A DNA stretch of 64,000 nt from Antedon mediterranea (lineage: Eukaryota > Animalia > Echinodermata). Below the pieces are notes generated by a model. The model saw only the letters and a list, made by a program, of their open reading frames with translations, had not been told where the DNA came from and did no database searches. The stretch is taken from assembly GCF_964355755.1 (NCBI RefSeq), contig NC_092678.1, positions 5,100,422-5,164,421 on the forward strand, given 5' to 3'. This document shows positions 39,533 through 53,100 of this stretch, piece by piece. A program made the position numbers and the translations under genes. Within the stretch, counting starts at the first letter, position 1. Every line of letters starts with the position of its first letter.

Positions 39533-39880
39533 AAATTGTTATACAGTGTATTATGAATTGAACAACAATTGTGTATTAAATTGAGGGCGCTGTGTTGTCA
39601 TTTGGAATTAAATTTACTTCAGGTGATATCGTGTTTTTACTTTTATTTTAATTATTCTAGACGCACATTCACTTAAGAAGTGTGGTGCCACTGTTTCAAA
39701 AGCTTATTATTATTTTAAAAACTTTAAAGATTAGTCTTCCTTATATGGATAACAGTTTTCCTTATATGGATACCAGTCTTTGTGTAATTGAGGGCGCTGC
39801 GCGTTGTCATTCCATTGTTGATCGTCTGATCGCCGCTAGGGCCGGCTAGAGCCTAGGCCTAGTCTGTAACTTCTAGTAAA

Positions 39881-42339
39881 ATGTCTTCGAATAGTTCTAT
39901 AAAATGCACAGTTAAGAAGCCCGTTGAAGTGAAAATATCAGATACAAAATCAAGTTTATGCAGTGGGCTATCAATTGTTGATTTGTCTTTTCCAAATAAT
40001 TCTGAAAAGGGCATCCAACAGGTACGTATACGTTGGTATGGGATCGGGCAGGAACGAGGCTAGGTCTGTGTCATGGTCGTTTCGTCCCTGCTGCAACGGT
40101 CGTCATAGTAATCTACGCCCGGCAGCGATTTTTTTTTTCGTACATAAGTTGGGGACCCCATGTGAAAGATAGCCGAACTACTTCCTAAATATAACTAAAC
40201 CTAACCCTTTAAATAATCTCTCTCTCACTATAAAGTAAAAGAAGTAGCTCATGGGAGTCGAACCCCATACATCGACATGTAAAGTCCATAGTCTTATCCA
40301 CTCGACTACACAGACGGCTCGACAGAAATCGTTTGCATTAGCGAATTGTAGTTAGCTGAATTCTTACGTCACACCTTATGGATATGATTAATGAATATTC
40401 ATGTTTATTTTGTGACGTTTCACGAGGGGTCCCCAACTTATGTACGAAAAGAAATATCGCCGCCCGGCAGGGCCCGGTATCTCCCGCGGTAGGGCCTTAT
40501 TATATAAAATGTTATCAGTACGTTCTAACATTATATTTAATGTTGTTGTGATATTTAATTGTACGTTTTATACATTTTAAATGTGAAAAACTGTCAAAAT
40601 ACTTACTGATTGATTAGTTAGGCCTAGTTAGGCCTAGAGCTAGTTTAGGTTTTCCGAAACTGAATACTAGGCCTATTACTATTTATAATAATCTTCTAAC
40701 ATGTTGTTATTATTATTATTACATTATTAAACATAATGTTATTAACATGCTCTAGTGGTAAATTGAACTTAAATTATATATAGTTTTATTTCCAGAAAGC
40801 AAGTTAAAATTACTCTGCAATATAAACCTTACTGTTACTGTATATGCTTTTTTTCCCAAAAGATTGAAAGTATTTCATTCAAGAATGCATACACAGCCTT
40901 TCTGACAATCAAAGTTAAAAGTGAACAGAATTCATCAAGTACTGGTGGTAAGTTAATTATATGCAAAGTAATTTGCCCAAATATGGTAGTGATAAGATGT
41001 CATCGTGTCCATATATGGGCACATCACATTTTTTTTGTTTTAAGGTTGATAAAAACAGTTTGTTTTTTATGGGATGGGCAGCTGATAAAAAGTGGGGAAT
41101 GATTAGTTGTAAATCTGCGTCTTCTTTTCAGGTAAATGGAAGATGTGCCTTCATCGTTACCAATTAATGACATCACCTCATTATGAATCTGGAAGCCAGG
41201 ATTATTTCAAAATACCATCATCACAGGTTTGTAGCAATCCCAGAATGCATCCTCACTTCATTCAGATAATTATAATCATGTTGAGTGCACTTTATTAACA
41301 TCTGCAAATTCACCCTTTTTCTTTAGATGTTGTTTATAGCACAAAATATACTAGAATTAGAGAATTTATTAATAATAATTGCTCTTGGTTTTCAGATGTT
41401 GTTTGTACCACAAGATGTAGTAAGTGTACGACTAATCCTACAGCAACCATCATCCGCATGGAATCAATTTGGAATTGAGCAAGTGTCTATAGAAACACCA
41501 ACAGAAAATGTAACTAATACTGTATATTTACACTGGTGTACTACCTATTATTAGTAATTCATAGCAATTATAGTAACCCCTATTATATTCGGGTACAAGT
41601 GTCCTCAAATGGCAATTTCTTATAAATAAGTCTTGGCTGTAGTGTTCAAATATTGTCCTGGAAAGTGCCTTGGTTTCCACTAGGACACAAGTAATATGGC
41701 CAATCACAAGCTATGATTTATTTGAACTGTCGCTGGTCATAGGTCATCTCGCGTTGGGTTTACATCCTTGTATTGCGTCATAGTAGGAACCAAGCTTTAA
41801 TAGAGATGTCATCTGAATACGAGTTGCTTCATAGGGCTACACATTCATTTGGTGCTTTATTTAATCAATTTCATGAATATATTATTTTTTTGTAATTTCA
41901 GACAAACGAAGAAGAAGCGATCTCGAAATGGCTCCAACAACATCTCAACTTAAACTCTACGGTTAAGAAAAAGATTGAGGTAAAAAAATAAAGTAGTTTT
42001 TAAAATTTTAAAGAAAATAGGTTGTTGAATATTCATATTATCCTCTTCTTGTTAAGTAAAAGTTTTAAATACTGTTGTATATTGAATAGAATGTAGAAGT
42101 AGATGAGGTATCGGGCGGTCTTCACAGGATGTGGGCGCTAACCGAAACCGTAAAAGCTCAACAAACGTCCGCATCACTCGGCAGATATGAAGTAAGTAAA
42201 ATCACTTTTATCATAGCTAAGATGTTAATACAACCTTTCAATCTAAGTACTACACTCAGTATTGTACAATACTGATGCAAAGCTTGATTTGTTTTAGGTT
42301 GACGATAGTTACGAGATAAATCTGTTATCTTACACATGA
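39881..42339 (+). CDS. NICN1: Nicolin-1 (TTLL1 tubulin polyglutamylase complex subunit), 7 exons
   Basis: IKCTVKKPVEVKI..GLSIVDLSFP, ISFKNAYTAFLTIKVK, KWKMCL..LMTSPHYESGSQDYF, VRLILQQPSSAW, MWALTE..LGRYEVDDSYEINLLSYT*. Confidence 0.92.
40120..40467. mobile_element. Non-autonomous inverted-repeat element with an internal tRNA-like segment (NICN1 intron 1)
   Basis: About 45-bp inverted repeats (ttcgtacataagttggggacccc..gtgaaa / tttcac..ggggtccccaacttatgtacgaa); minus-strand A box tagtcgagtgg and B box ggttcgactcc at 40247-40320. Confidence 0.7.
41668..41797. mobile_element. MITE family B copy
   Basis: cttggtttccactaggacacaa ... ttgcgtcatagtaggaaccaagct. Confidence 0.7.
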
Positions 42340-43403
42340 TGTAGCAGCTGTATCCGGCTTTAAGGCAATTCATTTTGATAAGTGACTTGGGTCCGGTTTC
42401 TGTTGCGAAAAAGTAATGGTTGAAACACTCAAACAATTTGAGTTTAGAACATGATTTAACCAGTTATTTCTGTTCAATGCAAAATAACAGTTATTTGATT
42501 GACAGCTGTAGTAACTTGAAGGTTTGACTGTCGGATTTTTTGGCCACAAATTTACCAACAATAATGGTCAGTCTAAAAACTATATTTTTAAAATAAACTG
42601 TTTATTCTGCACAATGCAGCAAAAACAGGCCTTAAATAACAGTTGTATATATTTGGTAAATAAGCAGGCAGTGTGTTTTCCTTAAGTTGAGTATTGAAAA
42701 TAAAGTATATTCTTGTGATTGTAAAAATAGTATGTTGTTTTGTGTATAATAATAATATTTATTAAAACCCGATCAAATATCGAAAAACTGCACTGTTCAT
42801 TTTCACATACTGTTTTTTGTAGTAGTTTGTGGAAATACTTTATTTCTAAGTATAGAGGGCGCTAATTCACATTTGTTTTTAATTGAAACGCGACGTTAAA
42901 AAAAGCGGTCTTTGCTGCTGACGCGGTTTGTGTTGTTTTTCTCTAATAGGTAAATATTGTTTTCCTCTTCTCTATAAAAGTTTATTTTTAGTTATTTTTA
43001 AAGCTTGATAATTAAAGTTATATATAAAAAAATGTATTTATTAATAAATTCTAAGCCTATCGAAATGTTTAGGATAAAGGGCTAGGCCACGGCCGACTTG
43101 AAAGTTAGCTTAGAGATAGGTCAGTCTTCGGCATACCATACCGTGGAAGACGTGCATATGTTTGTAATAAAAGTCATTTGGACCTTTTTTCGTTTCTGAA
43201 ATATGGCGTTATTTATCTTGTTTGAACTTGTTAAAAGCTATAAGTACGTCTTATCTTTATATTATTCAAATAATTATTGTATTAAATGCGACTTTTCAAA
43301 CTAATAAAATATTGTAATTTATTATAAATATTAATTATTAATAATTATTTATTTATTATATTTATTAAAATTCAGAGCCCAGCAACGAAGGAAGTTGTTT
43401 GAT

Positions 43404-45666
43404 ATGATGATGGCGGCGTTTGTATCAATGCTTCTAGCGTCGATTGGTTTTGGTTTAATCGAGTTTGCTGTTTTTCTTCTGGTGGATTACATTGTAAAGG
43501 CTTTATTACAATCTGTCAAGTGAGTATAAAATAATTTAGCTTTTTATAGATTTACAAAAGTATTACAGTATATATGATAATAGTATTTTGTTTTATGTTA
43601 AACGTATTTAATGTACTGTACTATTAGTATATTAGTAAGTAATGTCTTATGAATCATAAGCCCTGCTTATTTATAGACTTTCAGAATTTCTTAAAAATGA
43701 ATTTATTACAGCTTCAGCTGAAATAATCAATTAACCATTCATCAATGTTTCAATCTTTGAATAATTCAATCCTTGATTATTTCAATCAATATTCAAAACT
43801 AGAGTAATTTAACAACCAGTCGTTCAATCAATCTATACACTAAATTTTTCCTTTTTTTTTTGCAGTGATAAAAGGCAACATTGCCATATATGGGCATTTG
43901 AAGCAATGGTATTGTTTCTTCTATCAAGTATCATTTACGCTGTGCACCATTTGCCATACCTCCTCATCATACTCGCCACCATCACTTTTGTTTCTGCCAT
44001 CCTCCAGTATTTTGATCTTGTTTACAATATTAACAATTTTTTATCCAACTTTCACAACCGTTTTCGTTATCGAAAATTTTTAGACTTTTCTTTTGATTAC
44101 GAAGAAGAATTATCTGAAGACTCTCCCGTACACATGAATTCAAGAGTGCATGCTCGTCCAACTCTACGTCGAGAGCCACCGTCTCCGACGTCGATTGATA
44201 ACTTTATTTCACCGATTCGTAATCGTATTGAAAGCCCTGCAAATTTTACACCTAAAAACATCGCTAGAACGTCAACCCCCTGTTCAGATCAAAGTTTAAG
44301 TGTAAGGTCAAAGTTGAAAACATTGGTGGGGATAAATCCTTATGTGAATCTACCACCTGGACTACCAAACCGTGGAAACAACACCTGTTATGTAAATTCT
44401 GTTGTTCAGTGTTTAGCCCATACTCCACTTCTTGTCAAATCACTCATAAAAGAAGTAAAATTTATTTCACATGCACTAAATGTCGAAACTCATTTTTTGA
44501 AAAAATTCGCAGAAATATTAGAACAATGTTCTGTTCCTCCTGGTTCGTCCGATAAGAAGATAGTCGATAACGTGCCGTTTTGTAATGCCGTTTCGATGTT
44601 AGTGCCGCATTTAGTGTCAAATCCACGCCACGGACCTCAACAGCAACAGGATGCCGCAGAGATACTTCTCTGGTTGCTTAACAAAACTAACGAGTTACTT
44701 GTTTTGAACGGAAATAAACCTAACGGGCCGCAGACTAGAAGTAGACTGCTGAAACCAGCCGTTGCTAACAACTTTAAGTGGAGAAATAAAGTGGTTAACA
44801 AGTTGCTTTGCAGCTACGAAAGCAATGAAACCAATAAATTAACAGCAATCAAAAATGAGGAAACTTCAAAACTGAAAAAATATGATACTATGCACTCGCT
44901 TTCTTGTTTCCAGTCAGTCGCTGTGTTATCAGATGTATCCTGGGTAAAGTATTGTCGTAATCATGCAACCGTCATCACCGAACTGTTTGCGGGGCAGTTA
45001 GCTGAAGTTCGACAAAGCTATATAACCAATCAAGTGTCGTTTAGTACGCAAGCGTTTCACATTTTGCCGGTTCCGCTCGTTGATCCCCGTACGATATCCG
45101 GACTCGTCCACCTCCAAGATTGCATACTAGCTATGGGATCGCTAGATCAACTCGGTAGCGAGGATAAAAGCTTGCACGATAGCGTAACCAATTTGAACAG
45201 AAGCGACGAAGTAAGAAGCGCTTCAAATAGTTCGTTGCTGAGTAATCATTCATTTACCGACGGACAATATCAAACCATTTTGCGGTTTCCACCAAAATGC
45301 TTAATTCTTCAACTTAACCGGTTCTGTTTTGATCACGATGAAAATATAGTTCGCAAAATTCGTTCCCCGGTTAATATCCTAGAACAAAATCTTGATCTAT
45401 CATGTTTATCATACGATAAGAAAAACGTAAATGGCCGCAGTAATACAGACTACCTGTACGATTTGTACGGAGTTTGTGTCCACGAAGGAGGAGGTAATTC
45501 GCAGTATGGCCATTATTTATCGCTGTGTCAACTTGACGATGGTAAATGGTATAAATTTGATGATGAACTTGTGTCGCAGGTGAACATTACCTATGAATGT
45601 AGTTCACTGCCCACAAGAGAAGGGGCCTATTTGCTCTTTTACAAACGTCAAGCTGATTTTAGATAA
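43404..45666 (+). CDS. Ubiquitin-specific protease (peptidase C19) with hydrophobic N-terminal segments; exons 43404-43519 and 43866-45666
   Basis: Cys box GLPNRGNNTCYVNSVVQCL, QQQDAAE, LILQLNRF, His box GHYLSLC..KWYKFDD, AYLLFY; the upstream hydrophobic exon splices in frame (phase 2). Confidence 0.9.
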
Positions 45667-46308
45667 AATTCTTGCCAACAAATGTTTTATCATTTTTTTT
45701 TATGACTACTAAATTGACATGCTGACTGATTCACTACTCTATGTAGCTGTATTTCATGTAATGTAAGTTATTTCGATAATATTTTAACAAGAACATTAGA
45801 GTTAAAGTGCAGTGCTCTCATACTAAACGTCCTTCAAGTCCTGTCTAATTTTTATGTTATTAATATTTTAAAGTTAAATGCTTTTGAAGCGTTTCAATTT
45901 AATATTTTGTTTGTGTAAATACTCTGTTAATTTAATATTGCCCTATTTCACTGTATATAGTTTAGTAGTAATAATTGTTTATATTTATTTGAGGGTAAAA
46001 ATTTAATGAAGTGGCGATATGGCAATTTTAATTTAATTCGTAAATAGAAGTGAAAAAATGTATTTCATAATAGTAGTGTTTTTTGAAATGTTACTTTACT
46101 AATGTACAACTATTTGTATTTTAAAAATAATAAACACTTAATACAAAGATAAATTATTGATTATTATTTTGTTGGTTTTCATTCATTTGCAATGCAATTA
46201 AATTACTACAGTAATAAATAAAAAAAACATATTAAATCCCTGTTTTATTAATATTATAGAGGGCGGTAGACCAAATTAATACCAATAACCGAGGGGCTAT
46301 TGCATCCT

Positions 46309-46452
46309 CAGGGAATAATTTCGCCAGTGTAGCATAGCAAAAAGCTATACAAAACAACCTTTGCTACAGATTTTTAAATTTGTGTAGCAAAAAATACAAT
46401 ACAAAACTATGTTTCTAGACTAAACAAAATTTAAAAATGAAATTTTCCCCTG
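46309..46452. mobile_element. hAT-like MITE copy 2 with 5-bp target-site duplication (ATCCT)
   Basis: atcct-CAGGGAATAATTTC ... GAAATTTTCCCCTG-atcct. Confidence 0.78.
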
Positions 46453-47137
46453 ATCCTTTTTTATATATAATTACCATTGATTTTATACTTTTATACAAAT
46501 TTTAATATTGAGAATATGTAAATATCTTTGTAATTCAGCTAAGGCTGTGATGATGATATCGAAATTCAAGAAATGAAATAAAAAAATGTTTAAAAACACA
46601 ACCCTGCCACAAGAAGCAAATAATCGCAAAAATACTTCAAATGATTTTATTATTCAAAAATTATAGTTTCTATAAATGATCTATTAATAAATAACTTTTA
46701 AAATGTACTGAAATAATGTAAAATTAATTAAACTTTACATCATATTTTATATCTCTCCAGAAGTAGTAAAAGCCAAATAAAGTTCTATTACTACTAAAAG
46801 TAGTGTCCAAGGAAATTGTATTTCATCCGCAATATAATAGAAAGATTCAAAACATCAAAACCTGTTTCTGGGTTAATTAATTGTGATTTCCTTTCTCACT
46901 CGATTTCCAGGGTACAGTTTGGTGGATAGAGTCTCCAGGGCACGAGTCTAACAGCGTAACACAGATTGGTGAACAGCCACTGGGTCCCCTCCAACGCTGG
47001 AGACATAGGTGTTTTCAGCCTTTTTCAACATATTTTAAAGTGGTTTAGCCAGTGAGCGCTCATAGCTGTTGCGCTCAATACTGTAGCTCAATAATCGGGG
47101 TAAAAGGCTTCTCTTTGCCAAGTCCACTCTCAAATGA

Positions 47138-50100
47138 TTAAATGTGCTGTGAGCCTTTCTGAAGGATATCAAGCATTATGGGATAGATTGGTGCAAATTC
47201 CTTGGCTTGTCTTGATCTCACTGCTTGTACATACGCTTCCAACGTTCCTCTAAAAGTTTAATGTTTAATAAACAATTGAATGAAATTAGAATTTGAAACA
47301 TTATGAGATAACAAGTAATTTATTTCGAACTCAACACAGCCTAGGTGGATTGAGCAGACAGTAAACTACTCCCCGTAAAGGTCTTATGTACAGCACATTG
47401 AGAGCTTGCTCATATGCGCTATATAAGAATGAATTATTATTAAGTTAATGGCGTGATTTTTTAAAATAAAATATGTGCCACACTTTTTGAGAGTTACTCT
47501 TCAAATTTAATGAATCCAAGTTATTTATGTGAACATAACGTGGACGTCCATGTCATGTTTACATTTATAAGTAATTACCTTAGAAGAGCAAGACGCTCAT
47601 TCTCAGACGTATGCTCATCAAGCCATTGTGAATACCGTGACACTGACCAACCAGCAAGCTATAAAATAACAAAGACAAAAGAAAGAAAGATAAAAGCATT
47701 TTAATGAACTCTTTAATCTGTACAATGTTAATATCAATTGTTTTACATTTTCTGTCCAAGATTCCTCAAATTGTTAAACAAAAGCTCTATACAACCTCAT
47801 GTACTAACCTCATGCGGTGATTTCATTTCCAAGGGTGCCCTCGCAAAGAGGAAGTGAAGTGCCGTAGAGTGCGGAATTATGTCTCCTAACGCCGGACTAC
47901 TTGCGATGTGTTCTGGTGTCTGGAACAATAAAGGTCTGAAAGAACGTAGTAACTTGTATGGCTTTCCTAAATCAGACACTCTCTTACAAAGCGGCGTGAC
48001 AGCCAGCTCCATCTGAGCGAAATCACCAGCAAGTCGCATTTTACCCCCATCACCTAAAGGTCGAATCAGTGAAGCGTGACGAACAAACAGTTCAACAGCA
48101 TGACAAGCTATTGGATGAACACTGAAAGAAACAACAACATTTAAAAAAAACTATTTCAGAAAATGACAAATTATATTCGGCTGGAGTTTGATGAAAGGGA
48201 CCTTTCTACTGTATTTGTAATGACCTCTGCATATTGTTGACCTTGACCCAGAATCTGCCAAATGTATCAAGTGAGAAAGCACAGTGTCTCTCTATGCATA
48301 AATAAACATGATGTACTGTAACTAGATTTTAGGTTGTCACCAAATCAAATGCTCCCATATGGTAAGAATAGTGACAATAGGGGACACAGGGCCTGCAGAC
48401 TATCGAAATGACCATCATGCTCTGTTATTACTGTCACCTTTGTTTATGATGCGAAAGCTTCCTCAATAAACAGAGAGAATACACTCTTTGTTACTTACGT
48501 TTGAATGACAAAATCTGTACACTGGAATGGCGCTAAGTACTCCGCCTGGACCCTGGCTACGAAGCCCTGTAACTCCTTCATGTACAGTGAGCATGGGTTC
48601 TCTGGAGATTCACGTGTATTGCTTACAGCCACTGAACTGAAATACAAATAACGAATTCATAGAAATAAGATGATGGAATGATACACAATTAAAACATTTT
48701 TAACAAATTCATTGAAGGTAACAGGAGGGATTCAACTTACGATTTGAAGTCTTCACTGTGCATTGTGAGTATGATGGCCTCAATCGAATCAAGCACAGAA
48801 TCCAAAAGTGGTTTGATAGCATTCCCCATTAAAGATACTATATCCTGAAATATGCAAAAAAAACACATGTAAACAAATGGTTAAGACAGAGTACCGCAAA
48901 CTACATCCATACTGTAATAATGGTGAGGATTCAAGTCACTCCTCAGCCATAGTGTTGCAATCTGTGCATGTTATTTTATATATGCCTCGTCTTTAAAAAA
49001 AAAAAATTTAAATTGAAATTACAAGCAATGCTGATTGGATGGCTGCTACGGCTTGCTCTGGACAATTGACAAGACCATCGACCAATCGGCAGATGAGCTG
49101 ATGAAAACTGTAAAGACTGTTAACGACTGCAATATTACGCTGTTGACCGACAGATGGGGGCGCTATAACCTGACTGGCTTCACCATCAGTTGAAAGCTAC
49201 AATAAGGAAAAAACAATAATTATTTCAAGTTTTGAACTTGCAAATAAAGATAACTGATCATGTAACCCATGACCCTTAATTGACCCATGTTGTTTTATAC
49301 GTACCAATTGCTCACTTTTAGCTGCAAATAACTGAATTGTCTTGGCCACGTTCTTTGCAACCACTATGCTTAAGCCATGATCTATACTTGCCACCGACAA
49401 CTCACTAACAAAAATAAACAAATCAATTATTCCCAAAGTGGCTATATAACTTATTGAATCAATCAACAAAAACAAAAATAAGTGGAATTACCTTGATATT
49501 GTTTTAGAAATTCCATTTACTTCATCCTGTGAGGGCGGTGTTGTTCCGCCGGTTGGGAATACTAAATTAATTGGGTCAAACAGTCGAGACAGTGACCTCG
49601 ACAAGTATGCGTTCTCAAAGGTTTTGATAGACGACTTAAAAGCTTTTTCTGGACTAAAAAAATTAAAGGCAAAAAAAGAAAAATATTAAAACCAATTTTG
49701 TTCACACTTAAAAAGCATGCATGTTAATTGGAGTTCTGTGAATAGCTTTATCACCTAGTATAGTCCTATTGGACAACATTTGGGAACAATTAAGGAAGTA
49801 TTATTACCTATAATCACTGCCTTTTATCTGCTCAAACATTCCTTTGTCTTTGTGGTCACCAATCACGTCAGATGATTGTGTCGTAACGATGTTTGAACTA
49901 TATTGCTGTAGGCGTTTCCATAAATCATTGTATAAACGTAGTAGCTTAGGGTATTCCCCTTCAAAGGCTTGCCGGATGAAAGTTGAATCTAAAAATATAA
50001 AGATTAAATAATAAAATATTAAGTAATATTCACATATCTGATATAGCTTACTGTTAGTTCATTTCACTGTGTAATGTGATGTGCCCAAATATGGCAGTGA

Positions 50101-53100
50101 TATGACATCATCATATCCATATGGGCACATCATATCCATATGGGCACATCACATTTTCTTTGTCACATGTTTGATATTAGACAACCAGCTGCAACTCAAC
50201 TGATAGCAGTTAAGGGTATTACTCTTCAAAAGCTGGTGGTTTTATGATTTTTCATTCAAAAAATAATTGTTTAAGCTATTATTTTTAGACAATACTACTG
50301 TGAACCTACTTTCTGCAGCAAATGCAAATTCTCTCTGTAGTATCCCAGTAGCAGACTCCCAAAAAGATTGCAAAATACTCGCCTCACTTTCCTTAAAAAA
50401 AAAGAAACACACATTAATGATTTGAGTCATAAAAGGTGACATTAATGTCAATATAAATAACATATTTTAATTCAAAAGTTTTATGAATTATAGAATAAAG
50501 TTTTTAATATGAATTTATTTTTTTATATAAATGAACAGTATGTTACCTTCTGTAGTTCCTCTATGAAACATATGTGAGTGACAGGGTCTCTCTTCTTGCT
50601 TAAGACTTTTTGCAAATGTTGTACCTAAAAAATAATTGGACATTTTGTCATTAAATATTTCAAACAACAAATAAATAAATAAATAACCTGCAATGTTGGA
50701 GGAAGACTGATATATGTATATTTAATTGCCCAAATATGGTAGTGTTATGACATCATCGTCTCCATATATGGACACAACACATTTTGTTGTCACATAAAGT
50801 TTGATAGTGTAGACAGAACTCAAGATAAACCAGAAACATGAAAGTAAATAGAAGACAACAACCTAACCTGTCCACAAGCTGAATAAATCTGATTCATAAG
50901 CTTCTCAAGATTGGTCCATAACGTTGCTCTGAATGCTGCTGTGTTGCCAGGCAACGGCATTGATGCCCGTCCTGGACCAGCTGAAATTAAACGAGTTCTT
51001 TCAAGGCAGTGTTATTTTTATCTCTTCTTATACTGGGAGACCTCTTCAGTCAAAGACTGTTCTCGCAGAGGGCCCAGTATGCAGACAAACAGTTACAAAG
51101 TTTAAAAGACAAAACATAAGATAAAACCAATTATTGATAACAAAAAATCAGACTTGCCAACCAGATCTTCGAAACTGTTAAATTCTTATTTTTATCAATC
51201 AAAAGTTTATTAAGATTTCAATCACAAAATCTATATTTTATGATTAAATATTTCAAATAAAAAGCATTAAAAAAATAAGTTTGATCGTACACTTTGTTTG
51301 TGATTGTGTTGGTTTGACGTTCAAAGCATCTTGTATGTTCTTCTGTAATGTCTCTTTGCAACCTGCCATCATTTTGTTTACAGTTTCTTTTAGGCATCCT
51401 AAATTGTGGAACACTTGGAGCGCTGTCCCCACTTGTGTTTGGTTCTGGGTCTCCATACCTTGCTCCAACATCCGTTGAGCTTGACCTTCTACGTTCTTCT
51501 TTGCCTTCTTTATAAACAATGTCTCTTCTTCAATGACCTCGATGCCAGAAAGGTCGATACCATGGTACAGGTAATCTAATTGGTTAAAGAAAGTTGGTTA
51601 CAATTTTGTTATACCATAGCTTTATCACCACCTGTAGTCACCAATGTCACTGTCATCAAAATGTCACCAACACTATCATATTTACTGTCACTAACACTAT
51701 CATATTCACTGTCACCAACACTATCATATTCACTGTCACCAACACTATCATATTCACTGTCACCAACAATGTCACTAACACTATCATATTCACTGTCACC
51801 AACAATGTCACTAACACTATCATATTTACTGTCACCAACACTATCATATTCACCATCACTAACACTATCATATTCACTGTCACCAACACTATCATATTCA
51901 CTGTCACCAACAATGTCACTAACACTATCATATTTACTGTCACTAACACTATCATATTCACTGTCACCAACACTATCATATTCATTGTCACCGACACAAT
52001 CATATTCACTGTCACTAACACTATCATATTCACTGTCACCAACAATGTCACTAACACTATCATATTTACTGTCACCAACAATGTCACTAACACTATCATA
52101 TTTACTGTCACCAACACTATCATATTTACTGTCACCAACACTATCATATTCACTGTCACCAACACTATCATATTCACTGTCACCAACACAATATGTACCC
52201 AATTCATTGAGACTTTGAGCTGCCTTGGTTATCTCTCTTGCTCCTCCTTGTAGTTGCCCATGGAGACGCTTGCTTAGATACAAGATGCGGATGATACGAC
52301 GCAATAAGTCACAAGTTTCCTGCAAATGAAAATTTCAAATAAAGTATATAAAAAAACAACTGGTAAGCACCGCTTCTTTTGGTTGCCTATTGTAAATGTG
52401 TCAATAAATGTCAAATACAGATTATTACTGCATGATCTACATGGAAATTCATAATAGAAATAATAGGTTTAACTGACCTGTAGTCGTCTAAGCTGAGCTG
52501 TACGTGCAACCACTTTGCTATAAGGCTCTACAAGTTTACTCTTTATCCTGTAACATAAATACATTGTTTGAATTTACTAACATACTAACAACTACATCTA
52601 CAATGAACAATTGCTATGGTCAATCACCTATGTCCTGTTAATGAACAGAGAAGGTACACTTTTTAGGGGAAAAATGTAAAATTAAGACACAGGCAAAGCT
52701 TTACACATCACAACTTAAATTAGGCATATTACTAGAGTTAAGCAATTAAAGTAACTTAAGTCTATGTTGGGAAGTTGGGCATAGTGTATAAGGTTATATA
52801 ATAAAAAAATGTGTGAACATGTCTAGCAATCCTCTTAAGCTCTGTCTACACTATCAAACTATCGAATATGGACACGATGACATCATAGCACTACCATATT
52901 TGGGCACATCACATTATGTTTGATAGTGTAGACAGAGCTTAAAGATGCAATATATTAGAAAGTAAAGTTCTTGTTCTACCTATCAACAGCAGACTGCAGA
53001 GCCTGTATCCTTGTATGCATCATTTGAAGCACGCCATCTAAAGTTTCAATTCCAGTCGCTTGGGAAAGTAAATCACTGTGGTGTGCGGCAACCTGAAAAG

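Noticed and set aside
46870-47137. Coding-like, GC-richer sequence in frame after the COG5 stop (readthrough?)
   Set aside because: Stops recur about every 30 codons, the TAA context is not readthrough-like, and no motif is recognisable.
51580-52325. Long repetitive ORFs (VGDSEYDS etc.) as coding sequence
   Set aside because: COG5 homology stops at the GT donor near 52197 and resumes near 51576, so the array is intronic.
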